Source of the DNA: an uncultured Mycobacterium sp.
GTDB lineage: Bacteria; Actinomycetota; Actinomycetes; Mycobacteriales; Mycobacteriaceae
Length of the DNA stretch: 64,000 nucleotides
Assembly: GCA_964511995.1 (NCBI GenBank)
Contig: CAZEHT010000001.1
Span: 33,919-97,918 of the forward strand
Reading direction: 5' to 3'
A program made the position numbers and the translations under genes. Each line of letters begins with the position of its first letter. Position 1 is the stretch's first letter. Shown piece after piece: positions 39,979 to 48,736 of the stretch. The notes under the pieces were generated by a model. The model was not told where the DNA came from and did not search any database. It saw only the letters and a list, made by a program, of their open reading frames with translations.

Positions 39979-40884
39979 ATGCAGACCGTCACGGCCGCAG
40001 CCACATCATCGAGCGTCACGACCGAGGTGATCCGCGTCCGCGGGCTCACCTTCACCTATCCGAAGTCACCCGAACCGGCGGTGCGTGGCATGGACTTCAC
40101 CGTCGGCCGCGGCGAGATCTTCGGATTCCTCGGCCCCAGCGGCGCGGGCAAATCCACCACCCAGAAGCTGCTCATCGGCCTGCTCCGCGGACACGGCGGT
40201 GAGGCGGCCGTGTGGGGGCGGGACCCGCTCGCGTGGGGCCCGGACTATTACCAACGCATCGGCGTTTCCTTCGAGCTGCCCAACCACTACCAGAAGCTCA
40301 CCGGCGTGGAGAACCTACGCTTCTTCGCCTCGCTCTACGACGGCACGACGCTGGACCCGATGGAGCTGCTGGATGCGGTCGGCTTGTCCGACGATGCCAA
40401 CACCCGAGTTGGCAAGTACTCCAAGGGAATGCAGATGCGCCTGACGTTCGCGCGGTCGCTGATCAACGACCCGGAGCTGCTCTTCCTCGACGAGCCGACC
40501 TCCGGGCTGGATCCGGTCAACGCGCGCAACGTCAGGAACATCATCGCGGATCTGAAGGCTCGCGGCCGCACGGTCTTTCTGACGACCCACGACATGGTCA
40601 CCGCCAACGAGCTGTGCGACCGGGTGGCCTTCGTGGTCGACGGCCAGATCGTCGCCCTCGACACGCCCGCCGAGCTGAAAATTGCTCGTAGTCAACGGGT
40701 TGTGTGCGTGGAGTACCGCGGCAACAACGGCGGCCTCGACACCGCGGAGTTCGCGATGGACGGCCTGGCCGACGACCCGGCGTTTCACGAAGTGCTACGG
40801 AATCACCACGTCGAGACCATTCACAGTAGGGAAGCCAGCTTGGACGACGTCTTCGTTGAGGTCACCGGGAGGCGGCTGTCATGA
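39979..40884 (+). CDS. ABC transporter ATP-binding subunit, Rv2688c-like (fluoroquinolone efflux family)
   Basis: GPSGAGKST, YSKGMQMRL, LFLDEPTSGLDP; TEVIRVRGLTF and HHVETIHSREASLDDVFVEVTGR match Rv2688c as recalled. Confidence 0.88.
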   Translation: MQTVTAAATSSSVTTEVIRVRGLTFTYPKSPEPAVRGMDFTVGRGEIFGFLGPSGAGKSTTQKLLIGLLRGHGGEAAVWGRDPLAWGPDYYQRIGVSFELPNHYQKLTGVENLRFFASLYDGTTLDPMELLDAVGLSDDANTRVGKYSKGMQMRLTFARSLINDPELLFLDEPTSGLDPVNARNVRNIIADLKARGRTVFLTTHDMVTANELCDRVAFVVDGQIVALDTPAELKIARSQRVVCVEYRGNNGGLDTAEFAMDGLADDPAFHEVLRNHHVETIHSREASLDDVFVEVTGRRLS

Positions 40885-41591
40885 CCCGGCTGACGAGTGC
40901 CCTGCGGCTCGAGCTGACCCTTCAAATCCGGCAGCGGTTCCTGCACGCCGCGGTGTTTTCCGGACTCATCTGGCTGGCCGTGTTGCTCCCGATGTCGCGA
41001 AGCCTGCGCCCGATCGCCGAGCCCTACATCCTGCTGGGCGACATCTCGATCATCGGGTTCTTCTTCATCGCGGGCACGGTGTTCTTCGAGAAGCAGGAGC
41101 GCACCCTGGGCGCGGTCATCTCCACCCCGCTGCGGTTCTGGGAATACCTGGCCGCCAAACTTACAGTGCTGCTGCTGATCTCACTATGCGTGGCTTTGGT
41201 CGTCGCCACCATCGCCCACGGATTCTCCTACCGCCCCGCCCCGCTGCTGATCGGCGTCGTGCTCGGGACGCTGCTGATGCTGCTGGTCGGGTTCACCACG
41301 TCACTGCCCTTCGCTTCGGTCAGTGATTGGTTCCTGGCCGCGACCATCCCGCTGGCGGTGATGAACCTGCCGGTGCTGCACTACTGCGGCCTGTGGCCCA
41401 ACTCGCTGTTGTACCTGATCCCCACGCAGGGGCCGCTGCTGCTGCTCGGGGCGGCCTTCGACCAGGTCACCCTGACGCCGTGGCAAACCGTGTACGCGGT
41501 GGCGTACCCGGCGGTGTGCGTGGCGGCGCTGTGTGGGGCGGCCAAGGCGCTGTTCAGCCGCTACGTCATCGCAAAGTCCGGAGGAATGTGA
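40881..41591 (+). CDS. ABC permease, Rv2687c-like
   Basis: MTRL..ALRLELTLQ.RQ.FLHAAVFSGLIWLAVLLPM, FFEKQERT, LYLIPTQGPLLLLGAAFDQV. Confidence 0.86.
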   Translation: MTRLTSALRLELTLQIRQRFLHAAVFSGLIWLAVLLPMSRSLRPIAEPYILLGDISIIGFFFIAGTVFFEKQERTLGAVISTPLRFWEYLAAKLTVLLLISLCVALVVATIAHGFSYRPAPLLIGVVLGTLLMLLVGFTTSLPFASVSDWFLAATIPLAVMNLPVLHYCGLWPNSLLYLIPTQGPLLLLGAAFDQVTLTPWQTVYAVAYPAVCVAALCGAAKALFSRYVIAKSGGM

Positions 41592-42343
41592 TGACGTTAT
41601 CTACAGCTGGTGCAAAGGCATTCGCCGCGTTTGGTCGCAACGACCTGCGCGGCACCTATCGTGACCCACTGCTGGTCATGCTCGTCGCCGCACCCGTCAT
41701 CTGGACCAGCGGCGTCGCGCTGCTCACACCGCGCGTCACCGGGATGCTCGCCGACCGCTACGGGTTCGACCTGATCCCCTACTATCCGCTGATCTTGGCT
41801 GGATTCCTGCTGCTGACCAGCATCATCATCGCCGGCGGGCTGGCGGCATTCCTCGTTTTGGACGAGGTCGACGCCGGCACCCTGACCGCGTTGCGGGTGA
41901 CCCCGGTCCCGCTGTCCACCTTCTTCGCTTATCGTGCGGCAACGGTCATGGCAGTGACCACCGTCTACGTGGTCGCGACCATGTCGTTCAGCGGGATCCT
42001 CGAGCCCGGCCTGGTTCCGGCCCTGATTCCGATCGGGCTGCTCGCCGGGCTGTCGGGGGTCGTGACGCTGCTGCTGATCCTGGCCGTGGCCGGCAACAAG
42101 ATTCAGGGCCTGGCCGCGATCCGCGCCCTGGGCATGCTCATCGCCGGCCTGCCGTGCCTGCCGTGGTTCATCGATTCCGGCTGGAACCTGGCCTTCGGCG
42201 TGCTGCCGCCCTACTGGGCCGCCAAGGCATTCTGGGTCGCCAGCGACCACGGCATGTGGTGGCCGTACCTCCTCGGCGGCGTCGTCTACAACCTGGCCGT
42301 CACTTGGCCGCTGTTCCGGCGCTTCCTCGCCAAGAACACCTGA
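41591..42343 (+). CDS. ABC permease, Rv2686c-like
   Basis: AFGRND.RGTYRDPLLVML, ALRVTPVPLS, VLPPYWAAKAFWVASDHG. Confidence 0.86.
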   Translation: MTLSTAGAKAFAAFGRNDLRGTYRDPLLVMLVAAPVIWTSGVALLTPRVTGMLADRYGFDLIPYYPLILAGFLLLTSIIIAGGLAAFLVLDEVDAGTLTALRVTPVPLSTFFAYRAATVMAVTTVYVVATMSFSGILEPGLVPALIPIGLLAGLSGVVTLLLILAVAGNKIQGLAAIRALGMLIAGLPCLPWFIDSGWNLAFGVLPPYWAAKAFWVASDHGMWWPYLLGGVVYNLAVTWPLFRRFLAKNT

Positions 42344-42444
42344 CCAGCGATCGGCGCCAACCAGAAGGTCGGCGCTGCTAAGTTGGACGTCGGTGTGCCG
42401 GGAAGCCTGGTCGGCGTTTCGTTCCCGCGACCCAGGAGTACACC

Positions 42445-43308
42445 GTGAGCAATGCTGCCGAACAAACCGCGCTCGGTCCGATGGTCATCGTCGCCGCCGA
42501 GCAGCACGAACCGTCACCGTTGATCCGCGATCCGTGGGCGCAGCGCCTGCTTCCGTTGAGCGGTCGCATCGCCGCCGGGATCACACGGTGGTCACCGGCG
42601 CGGCGGGCGATGATCGCCGCGACCGAGAAGAAGTTTCCCGGCGGTTGGTCCAGCATCTTGTGCCGCAAGCGCTACATCGACGATCAATTGGTCAATGCCG
42701 TCGCAAAAGGTATTGACGTGGTTGTCATTCTGGGCGCAGGCTACGACACCCGGGCGTATCGCCTGCCCGAGCTCGCCGGGATCGCGGTCTGCGAAGTCGA
42801 TCTGCCCACCAACATCGCCCGCAAGGCCGCGGCGCTGCGGCGGTGCTTCGGCCGGGTGCCGCCCGCAGTGACGCTGCTTCCCGTCGACTTCGAAACCGAT
42901 GACCTCGGCGACCGGCTGGACCACGCGGGCTACGGACCGGGGGTCCGTACCTTCTTCGTCTGGGAGGCCGTGACTCAATACCTGACCGAGGCTGCCGTGC
43001 GGAAAACCCTGCACCATCTGGCCGACGTGGCGCACGGCAGCTGCTTGGCGTTCACCTATGTTCGCAAGGACTTTCTGGACGGAAGCTCGCCGTACGGCGC
43101 CCAGGGCACCTACCAGGATTTCGTGGTGAAACAAGGGCTCTGGCGTTTCGGCCTCCTCCCTGAGCAGGTCGCCGGTTTCCTCGCTGAGTACGGATGGCAC
43201 GAACGAGAGCAGGCCGGGCCCGACGAATACAACGCCCGCTACCTCCAACCGGCCGGCCGGCACAGTCCGGCATCGGAGATCGAGCGTGCGGTCTACGCCG
43301 AACGCTGA
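42445..43308 (+). CDS. SAM-dependent methyltransferase (leucine-carboxyl-MTase-like mycobacterial family)
   Basis: VVILGAGYDTRAYRL, EVDLP, LLPVDF, FFVWEAVTQYL. Confidence 0.85.
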   Translation: MSNAAEQTALGPMVIVAAEQHEPSPLIRDPWAQRLLPLSGRIAAGITRWSPARRAMIAATEKKFPGGWSSILCRKRYIDDQLVNAVAKGIDVVVILGAGYDTRAYRLPELAGIAVCEVDLPTNIARKAAALRRCFGRVPPAVTLLPVDFETDDLGDRLDHAGYGPGVRTFFVWEAVTQYLTEAAVRKTLHHLADVAHGSCLAFTYVRKDFLDGSSPYGAQGTYQDFVVKQGLWRFGLLPEQVAGFLAEYGWHEREQAGPDEYNARYLQPAGRHSPASEIERAVYAER

Positions 43309-43328
43309 GGCGGCGTTCCTCGAATTCC

Positions 43329-44618
43329 CTAGCCCAGGACGAAGTACCGCAGCCACAGGTAGACCGCGGAAAGCGCAATGGAGACTGCGGTGACGACCGC
43401 GCCTTTGCGGGTGAATTCCCAAAAGGAGATGGGATTGTCTGCGCGGCGCGCGATTCCGAGCATGACGACGTTGGCGCTGGCCCCGACGGCGGTCAGGTTT
43501 CCGCCGAAGTCGGCACCGAGGGCAAGGGCCCACCACAGTGCGTCCGGGTGGACCTGATCCGGCATGGCCGCGGCCAGCTCGCTGACAATCGGTGTCATCG
43601 TCGCGACGTAGGGGATGTTGTCGATGATGCCCGACACCGGTGCAGACACGCCGAGGATCAGCATCACCGTCAGTAACGCATTCCCGCCGGTCGCCGCGGT
43701 CGCCGATCGGGCCAGCTCATCGACCACCCCGGTTTTCACCAAGGCGCCGACCATGATGAACAGCCCCACGAAGAACAGCAACGTCTCCCACTCCACGCCG
43801 GACAGGTAGTCGCTGCGCTCCAGTCGCGAGATCAGCACGAGGACGCCCGCGCCGAGCAGCGCCACGATCGACGGTTCGATGTGCAGCACCCCGTGGGCGA
43901 TGAAGGCGGTGAACACCAGGACCAGGACAACCCCGCACTTGACGAGCAGGCGCGGATCGCGGATGGCCTCGCGCTCCTCCAGCGACATGACATCGGCGAC
44001 CCGCTCGGCGTCGACGTGAAACGAGCCGCGGAACAGGCGCGGCAGCATCGCAACGAAGACGACCATCACGATCACGACGATCGGCGTCATGTGGACGAGG
44101 AAGTCGTTGAACGTCAGACCGGCCCGGCTGGCGATGATGATGTTGGGCGGGTCGCCGACCAACGTCGACGCGCCGCCGATGTTGGAGGCGAACACCTCGG
44201 CGATCAGGAAGGGTGCGGCGTTGATCGCGAGCCGGTCACAGACCAGCAGCGTGACCGGGGCGATCAGCAAGACGGTGGTGACGTTGTCCAGCAGGGCTGA
44301 GGCGAACGCGGTGACCAGGACCAGCAGGATCATGATCCGCAGCGGGGAGCCCTTCGCGCGTTTGGCCGCCCAGATCGCGATGTATTCGAAGACGCCGGTC
44401 TGCCGCAGTACGCTGACGATGATCATCATCCCGAACAGCAGAAAGATGACGTCCCAGTCGATTCCGGTCTCTCGGGAGTAGAACACGTCGTCGGAGCCGA
44501 GCACGCCGACGGCGACCACGATGGCCGCGCCGGCCAGCGCGATGAGGGTCTTGTTGACGCGATCGCTGGCAATCAGCGCATAGGCGATCACGAACACCGT
44601 GATCGCGAGGACACTCAT
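43329..44618 (-). CDS. ArsB/NhaD-family permease, Rv2684 (ArsA)-like
   Basis: 429 aa; [49 protein letters not shown]. Confidence 0.87.
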   Translation of the reverse strand: MSVLAITVFVIAYALIASDRVNKTLIALAGAAIVVAVGVLGSDDVFYSRETGIDWDVIFLLFGMMIIVSVLRQTGVFEYIAIWAAKRAKGSPLRIMILLVLVTAFASALLDNVTTVLLIAPVTLLVCDRLAINAAPFLIAEVFASNIGGASTLVGDPPNIIIASRAGLTFNDFLVHMTPIVVIVMVVFVAMLPRLFRGSFHVDAERVADVMSLEEREAIRDPRLLVKCGVVLVLVFTAFIAHGVLHIEPSIVALLGAGVLVLISRLERSDYLSGVEWETLLFFVGLFIMVGALVKTGVVDELARSATAATGGNALLTVMLILGVSAPVSGIIDNIPYVATMTPIVSELAAAMPDQVHPDALWWALALGADFGGNLTAVGASANVVMLGIARRADNPISFWEFTRKGAVVTAVSIALSAVYLWLRYFVLG

Positions 44619-44625
44619 CGGTCGT

Positions 44626-45123
44626 TCAGTGCTTCAGCGCCGCAGCAAGCAGGCGCGATGCGGTGATCACACCGTGCAACTTGCCATCCTTCATCACGGC
44701 TATCAGCGGACTTCGCAGCCGCGCCATCAGCGCGGCCACTTCGATGATCGTGTCATCGGCGTTGGCGGCGGGCACGTCGAGCAGGTGCTCGGGCAGCACC
44801 TCGCGCACCGTCTTGCCGCCCAACTTCTCGGCGGCGCGGTCGGCGGTCGATTCGTTGAGCACACCGGCCAGTGAGGGATCGTCTTGGACGTACTTGGGCA
44901 CGATGAACCGCACCACCTGGGAGGCCGGCAGCACGGCGTATGGACGCCCCGAGGAGTCGGTGACGACGATGCCGGGCAGCTGGTGCTCGGCCAGCATCCG
45001 GGCGGCGTCGAGCGCATTGGAGTCGATGGTCACCACCGGGAAGTCCTCGGCGATCTCCTCGGCATGCATGTCAGCACCATACGACCGTGTTGCGGCGTCC
45101 AACCCCGTTGCGGCAGTAATCAT
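44626..45123 (-). CDS. CBS-domain protein, Rv2683-like
   Basis: [51 protein letters not shown]. Confidence 0.85.
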   Translation of the reverse strand: MITAATGLDAATRSYGADMHAEEIAEDFPVVTIDSNALDAARMLAEHQLPGIVVTDSSGRPYAVLPASQVVRFIVPKYVQDDPSLAGVLNESTADRAAEKLGGKTVREVLPEHLLDVPAANADDTIIEVAALMARLRSPLIAVMKDGKLHGVITASRLLAAALKH

Positions 45124-45135
45124 CGTCTCCTTCGG

Positions 45136-46770
45136 TCATGAGCTCAGGTCCCGGCGCGAGTATCCGGCGATGCCCAGTGCGATCAGGACCGCGCCGATGA
45201 CGGCGAGCGCTGTGATGGCCGCCCAGTCGGGCGGCGCGTCCGGCACGGCCGCTAGGTGCCCGAACGGTGAAAGATTCACCAACCAGCTCGGTGCCTGCGT
45301 GCCCTGGGTGATCACGTAGAGCAGGAACCCGCCAACCCCTGGCAGCGAGCCGACGGCGCCGACCGCGGACGGGAACCAGCCGAGGGCCAGCGCGGCGGCT
45401 CCGAGCCCGAGCGACGCGATCGGCGCGGTGTTCAACGCGCCGGCAACCGCCGCCCCGATACCCATTGGGGCACCGGTGATTGCGGTTCCAGTCCACATGG
45501 CAAGTGCGGCAGCGACATGCAAACCCACGACACCGGCCATGGTGACCGCGACCTCGCTGCACACCAGACGCGTTCGCGACTTCGGCGCGGCGAACAGCGG
45601 AGTCCAGCGGCTGGCCCTCTCGTCGGCGACCATGGCGGCCAGCCGCGTCGCCGCGTACAGACCGGTGGGAACGGCCAGCAAGCTGAACAGCGCCGCGGCG
45701 AATCCATCGACCGAGTCGAAGCCGCCGAAGCCGGCGCCGGCGGCCAGCTCGGCGAAGCGGGGGTTGGCGTCGAAGAATTCAAGGATCGACGCGAACAGGG
45801 CGCCGACGAGAAGGAAGTACACCCCGATACCCGTCGCCCAACCGATGGTGGGCCGCATCGCGCGGCGCACCGCGAACCCGCCAATCGACCCCAGCAGCGC
45901 GTTTCGGGGTGCCCGGCTCGTCGCCACCGCCACCAACCCGGAGCCGACGTCGCGGCGCCGCGCACATCCAAGTGCAGCCCCCGCGAGCAGAACCGGAAAA
46001 CCGGCCAGCACCAGCAGCGGGGCCACCCGGTTGTCGGCGTAGGGCGCGGCGCGCGCCACCAGGCCGAACGGGGTTGTCCACGCCGCCCACGCCAGTGCAG
46101 GCACGCCATCGGCGAGCATCCGCAGCAGCAGACCCACACCCAGCACACCGGTTGTTAGACCGACCGCGGCGGATCGGGTCGGCATGATCTGGGCGGCCAG
46201 CACGCCTGCGGCGGCGAAAGTCAAGGTGACGCCCAGGACTCCGGCGGCATGGACCATGGCCCCGGTGGCGTCGGTACCGGCCGCCACCAGCGCCACTGCG
46301 ACCGCCGCGCCGATCGCCAGCGCCGATCCCACGAGTGCGCCCAGGCAGCGCAGCACCACATCGACGGTTCGCAGCCGGCCGGCGAGCAGAAGATCCCAGC
46401 GTCCGGCTTCTTCCTCACCACGGGTAATGCGGGTGGCGCTGAGCAGAATCCATACGCCGGCGAGGACCAGCAATGGAGTGCCGGTGCGCCACACGGTGAA
46501 CCCGCCGGCGTCGTCCAAGGCAACCGGTGTGCCGAACAGGATTCGGATCGCCGGGTTTTCGACGAGCGCCCGCAGACCGGATTGATCGATCGTGCCCCGG
46601 AACGTCGTCTGGTACTGGACGGCGACGACAGCCGACATTGCCCCGCAGATGACGGCGACGATCAGCGCACCGCGGCGAACCTGGCGCATGGCGAGCCCAA
46701 CGACGGCCCGGGCGGCCGCCGCCGATGGCACCGGCGCCACCGAGTACACCGGTAGTGCAGCGGCGGTCAT
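45136..46770 (-). CDS. ABC-2 exporter permease (polyketide/ionophore exporter type)
   Basis: Multi-TM; DDAGGFTVWR, TRGEEEAGRWDLLLAG, WLVNLSPFGHL..VP. Confidence 0.8.
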   Translation of the reverse strand: MTAAALPVYSVAPVPSAAAARAVVGLAMRQVRRGALIVAVICGAMSAVVAVQYQTTFRGTIDQSGLRALVENPAIRILFGTPVALDDAGGFTVWRTGTPLLVLAGVWILLSATRITRGEEEAGRWDLLLAGRLRTVDVVLRCLGALVGSALAIGAAVAVALVAAGTDATGAMVHAAGVLGVTLTFAAAGVLAAQIMPTRSAAVGLTTGVLGVGLLLRMLADGVPALAWAAWTTPFGLVARAAPYADNRVAPLLVLAGFPVLLAGAALGCARRRDVGSGLVAVATSRAPRNALLGSIGGFAVRRAMRPTIGWATGIGVYFLLVGALFASILEFFDANPRFAELAAGAGFGGFDSVDGFAAALFSLLAVPTGLYAATRLAAMVADERASRWTPLFAAPKSRTRLVCSEVAVTMAGVVGLHVAAALAMWTGTAITGAPMGIGAAVAGALNTAPIASLGLGAAALALGWFPSAVGAVGSLPGVGGFLLYVITQGTQAPSWLVNLSPFGHLAAVPDAPPDWAAITALAVIGAVLIALGIAGYSRRDLSS

Positions 46771-47690
46771 CGTGGGGCCTGGCCGTAAAAGTCGAGGAAG
46801 ATCTCCTCGAGCGTCGGCTCGCGCATCACCAGTGCGGTGACATCTGCACAGGCGAGCGCCCGCAGGACAGGTGCCGGTGGCCCGACCAGGTGAAACCGCA
46901 GACGCTGCCCGTCGAGGCGCTCCACATTCGACACCCCGTCCACATCGTCCAGGATCGGTGCCGCGTCGCGGTGGGACACTTCCACGACGGTTCGGCGCAG
47001 CCGGCGCAGATCGGCGACGCTGTCGATCTCGACGAGCCGCCCATCCCGCAGGATGGCCACCCGGTCGCAGACGGCCTCGACCTCGGCGAGTTGGTGCGAG
47101 CTGAGAAACACCGTCTGGCCCCGCTCCCGGGCCTCGGTGACGCAGCGGCGAAACTCGCGCTCCATCAAGGGATCCAGGCCGCTGGTCGGCTCGTCGAGCA
47201 CCAGCAGCGGCGCCCGGGTGGCGAACGCGGCGACCAGCGCGACCTTCTGCCGGTTGCCCGTCGAGTACGTCTTGCCCGGTCGGTCCAGGTCGAGTTGGAA
47301 GCGGTCGACAAGCTCCGCGCGGTACTCGACGTCAAGGCGCGCACCGACATTGCCGAGTAGCTCAAGGATCTCGGCGCCGGTCAAGGCCGGCCACAGCGCA
47401 ACGTCAGCCGGCACGTACGCGAGGTGACGGTGGGATCGACGGACATCGCCGGCCGCATCGCCGAAAACAGTTGCGGTGCCAGCGTTCGGGCGGATCAGGC
47501 CCAGCAGCACGCGAATCGTCGTGGACTTACCCGCGCCGTTGGGGCCGAGGAACCCGAACACCTCCCCGGCGGCCACGGTGAGCCTGAGGTCGTCGACGGC
47601 CAGGATGCGGCCGAACCGCTTGGTCACACCGTCGATGCAGATAGCGAAATCAGACGCGATGCGCGCGGGCACTGCCGAAATGGCGGACAC
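46767..47690 (-). CDS. ABC transporter ATP-binding subunit
   Basis: GPNGAGKST, YSTGNRQKV, LVLDEPTSGLDP. Confidence 0.9.
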   Translation of the reverse strand: MSAISAVPARIASDFAICIDGVTKRFGRILAVDDLRLTVAAGEVFGFLGPNGAGKSTTIRVLLGLIRPNAGTATVFGDAAGDVRRSHRHLAYVPADVALWPALTGAEILELLGNVGARLDVEYRAELVDRFQLDLDRPGKTYSTGNRQKVALVAAFATRAPLLVLDEPTSGLDPLMEREFRRCVTEARERGQTVFLSSHQLAEVEAVCDRVAILRDGRLVEIDSVADLRRLRRTVVEVSHRDAAPILDDVDGVSNVERLDGQRLRFHLVGPPAPVLRALACADVTALVMREPTLEEIFLDFYGQAPR

Positions 47691-47818
47691 GGGAACCTTT
47701 CATGAGTCGGCAAACTGACTGCCGACCCGACTTCCCGGCGCACCAAGACAGAATGTACTCCCGTCAGGCGTCCGGCACCAGAACACACTGGGGGCGTTCC
47801 CTCGAGTGATCGACCCCT

Positions 47819-48185
47819 TTAGGGGAACTGCAAGTGGGTGAGCAGCATGGCGAGCGCCCACACGAACAGTGCGGTCATGAACACGATCTCGCGCCACGCC
47901 AGTCCCGGTGTGGCCTGGATGGCATACGACATGAGTTTGCGTGGTGGCGTGGGTGTTTCGGGCATCTGCTCCGCAGGCAGGACGCGGCTGAACCGGCGGA
48001 AGAAGATTTGCATGGTCAGCATGCCCACGATGAGGCCGGTGATGAAGCTGAGGTAGTGCATCTGCGTCAGGAACAACAGCAACACCAGTACCACGATGAT
48101 GATCAAGGTGACGGTGTCGTAGATGCTGATGATTCGCCCGCCGCGTTCGTAATAGGAGGCAATCCGGCGGATCCGGGTGGGATAG
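47819..48185 (-). pseudogene. 5'-truncated membrane protein gene
   Basis: YPTRIRRIASYY..., with hydrophobic helices and a stop at 47819; the 5' end is replaced by IS sequence. Confidence 0.55.
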
Positions 48186-48328
48186 GGCCAGCAGTTGCTC
48201 AGCGAGCTGCCGTTGATCCAGTTCCATCGCCACGGCATCGAGTGTTTCTGACATCGTCAGTCCTTCCCGCCAAGCTCACGCCCGGCGTGTCAGACCAAGA
48301 TCAGATCCACCGTTCTTCTGACAGTCCC
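48186..48328 (-). mobile_element. IS256-family left end plus the first 23 codons of transposase
   Basis: Minus strand begins GGGACTGTCAGAAGAACGGTGGATCT, then RBS GGAAGGA and MSETLDAVAMELDQRQLAEQLLA, typical of mycobacterial IS256 transposase N-termini; the frame then turns into unrelated sequence. Confidence 0.68.
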
Positions 48329-48736
48329 TCACCGCCCCGGGTGTTTGCGTGGCATCGAAACTACGACGTTGGCTCCGGAGGTTTCGTGGGTCAGTTCGGT
48401 GATCACCGCTGAGAGCGTTCTGATCTTGCTTCGCAGTTGAGCATTTTCGGCAGCCATTTCCTGGTTCTGATCACGGGCCTGTGCAAGTTGTCGTTGCAGA
48501 GCCTCGGCATTCGGGGTGACGGGTCCGCACCCGACCGTCGCCTTGAACTCGTTCAGCAGATCGCTGTGATGTTCGTAGAGTCTCTGCCGTGATATTCCCG
48601 ACTCATCGGCCAAGGCCACCACGGTGTGTGCGCCGTTGCTCTGCTCGGCTTTGTTGTCCCGGAGGCGGTTGATAGCGGCCCGAACCCGCTGGCGTTCCTC
48701 ATCGTTGCCTGCCGCGGCATCGCCCGTGAGCGTCAT
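48329..48736 (-). CDS. Small HTH plus coiled-coil protein, TnpC-like (gene D)
   Basis: 135 aa; TVVALADESGISRQRLYEHHSDLL HTH-like segment, then heptad coil LQRQLAQARDQNQEMAAENAQLRSKIRTL; ATGA-coupled to gene C. Confidence 0.72.
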   Translation of the reverse strand: MTLTGDAAAGNDEERQRVRAAINRLRDNKAEQSNGAHTVVALADESGISRQRLYEHHSDLLNEFKATVGCGPVTPNAEALQRQLAQARDQNQEMAAENAQLRSKIRTLSAVITELTHETSGANVVVSMPRKHPGR

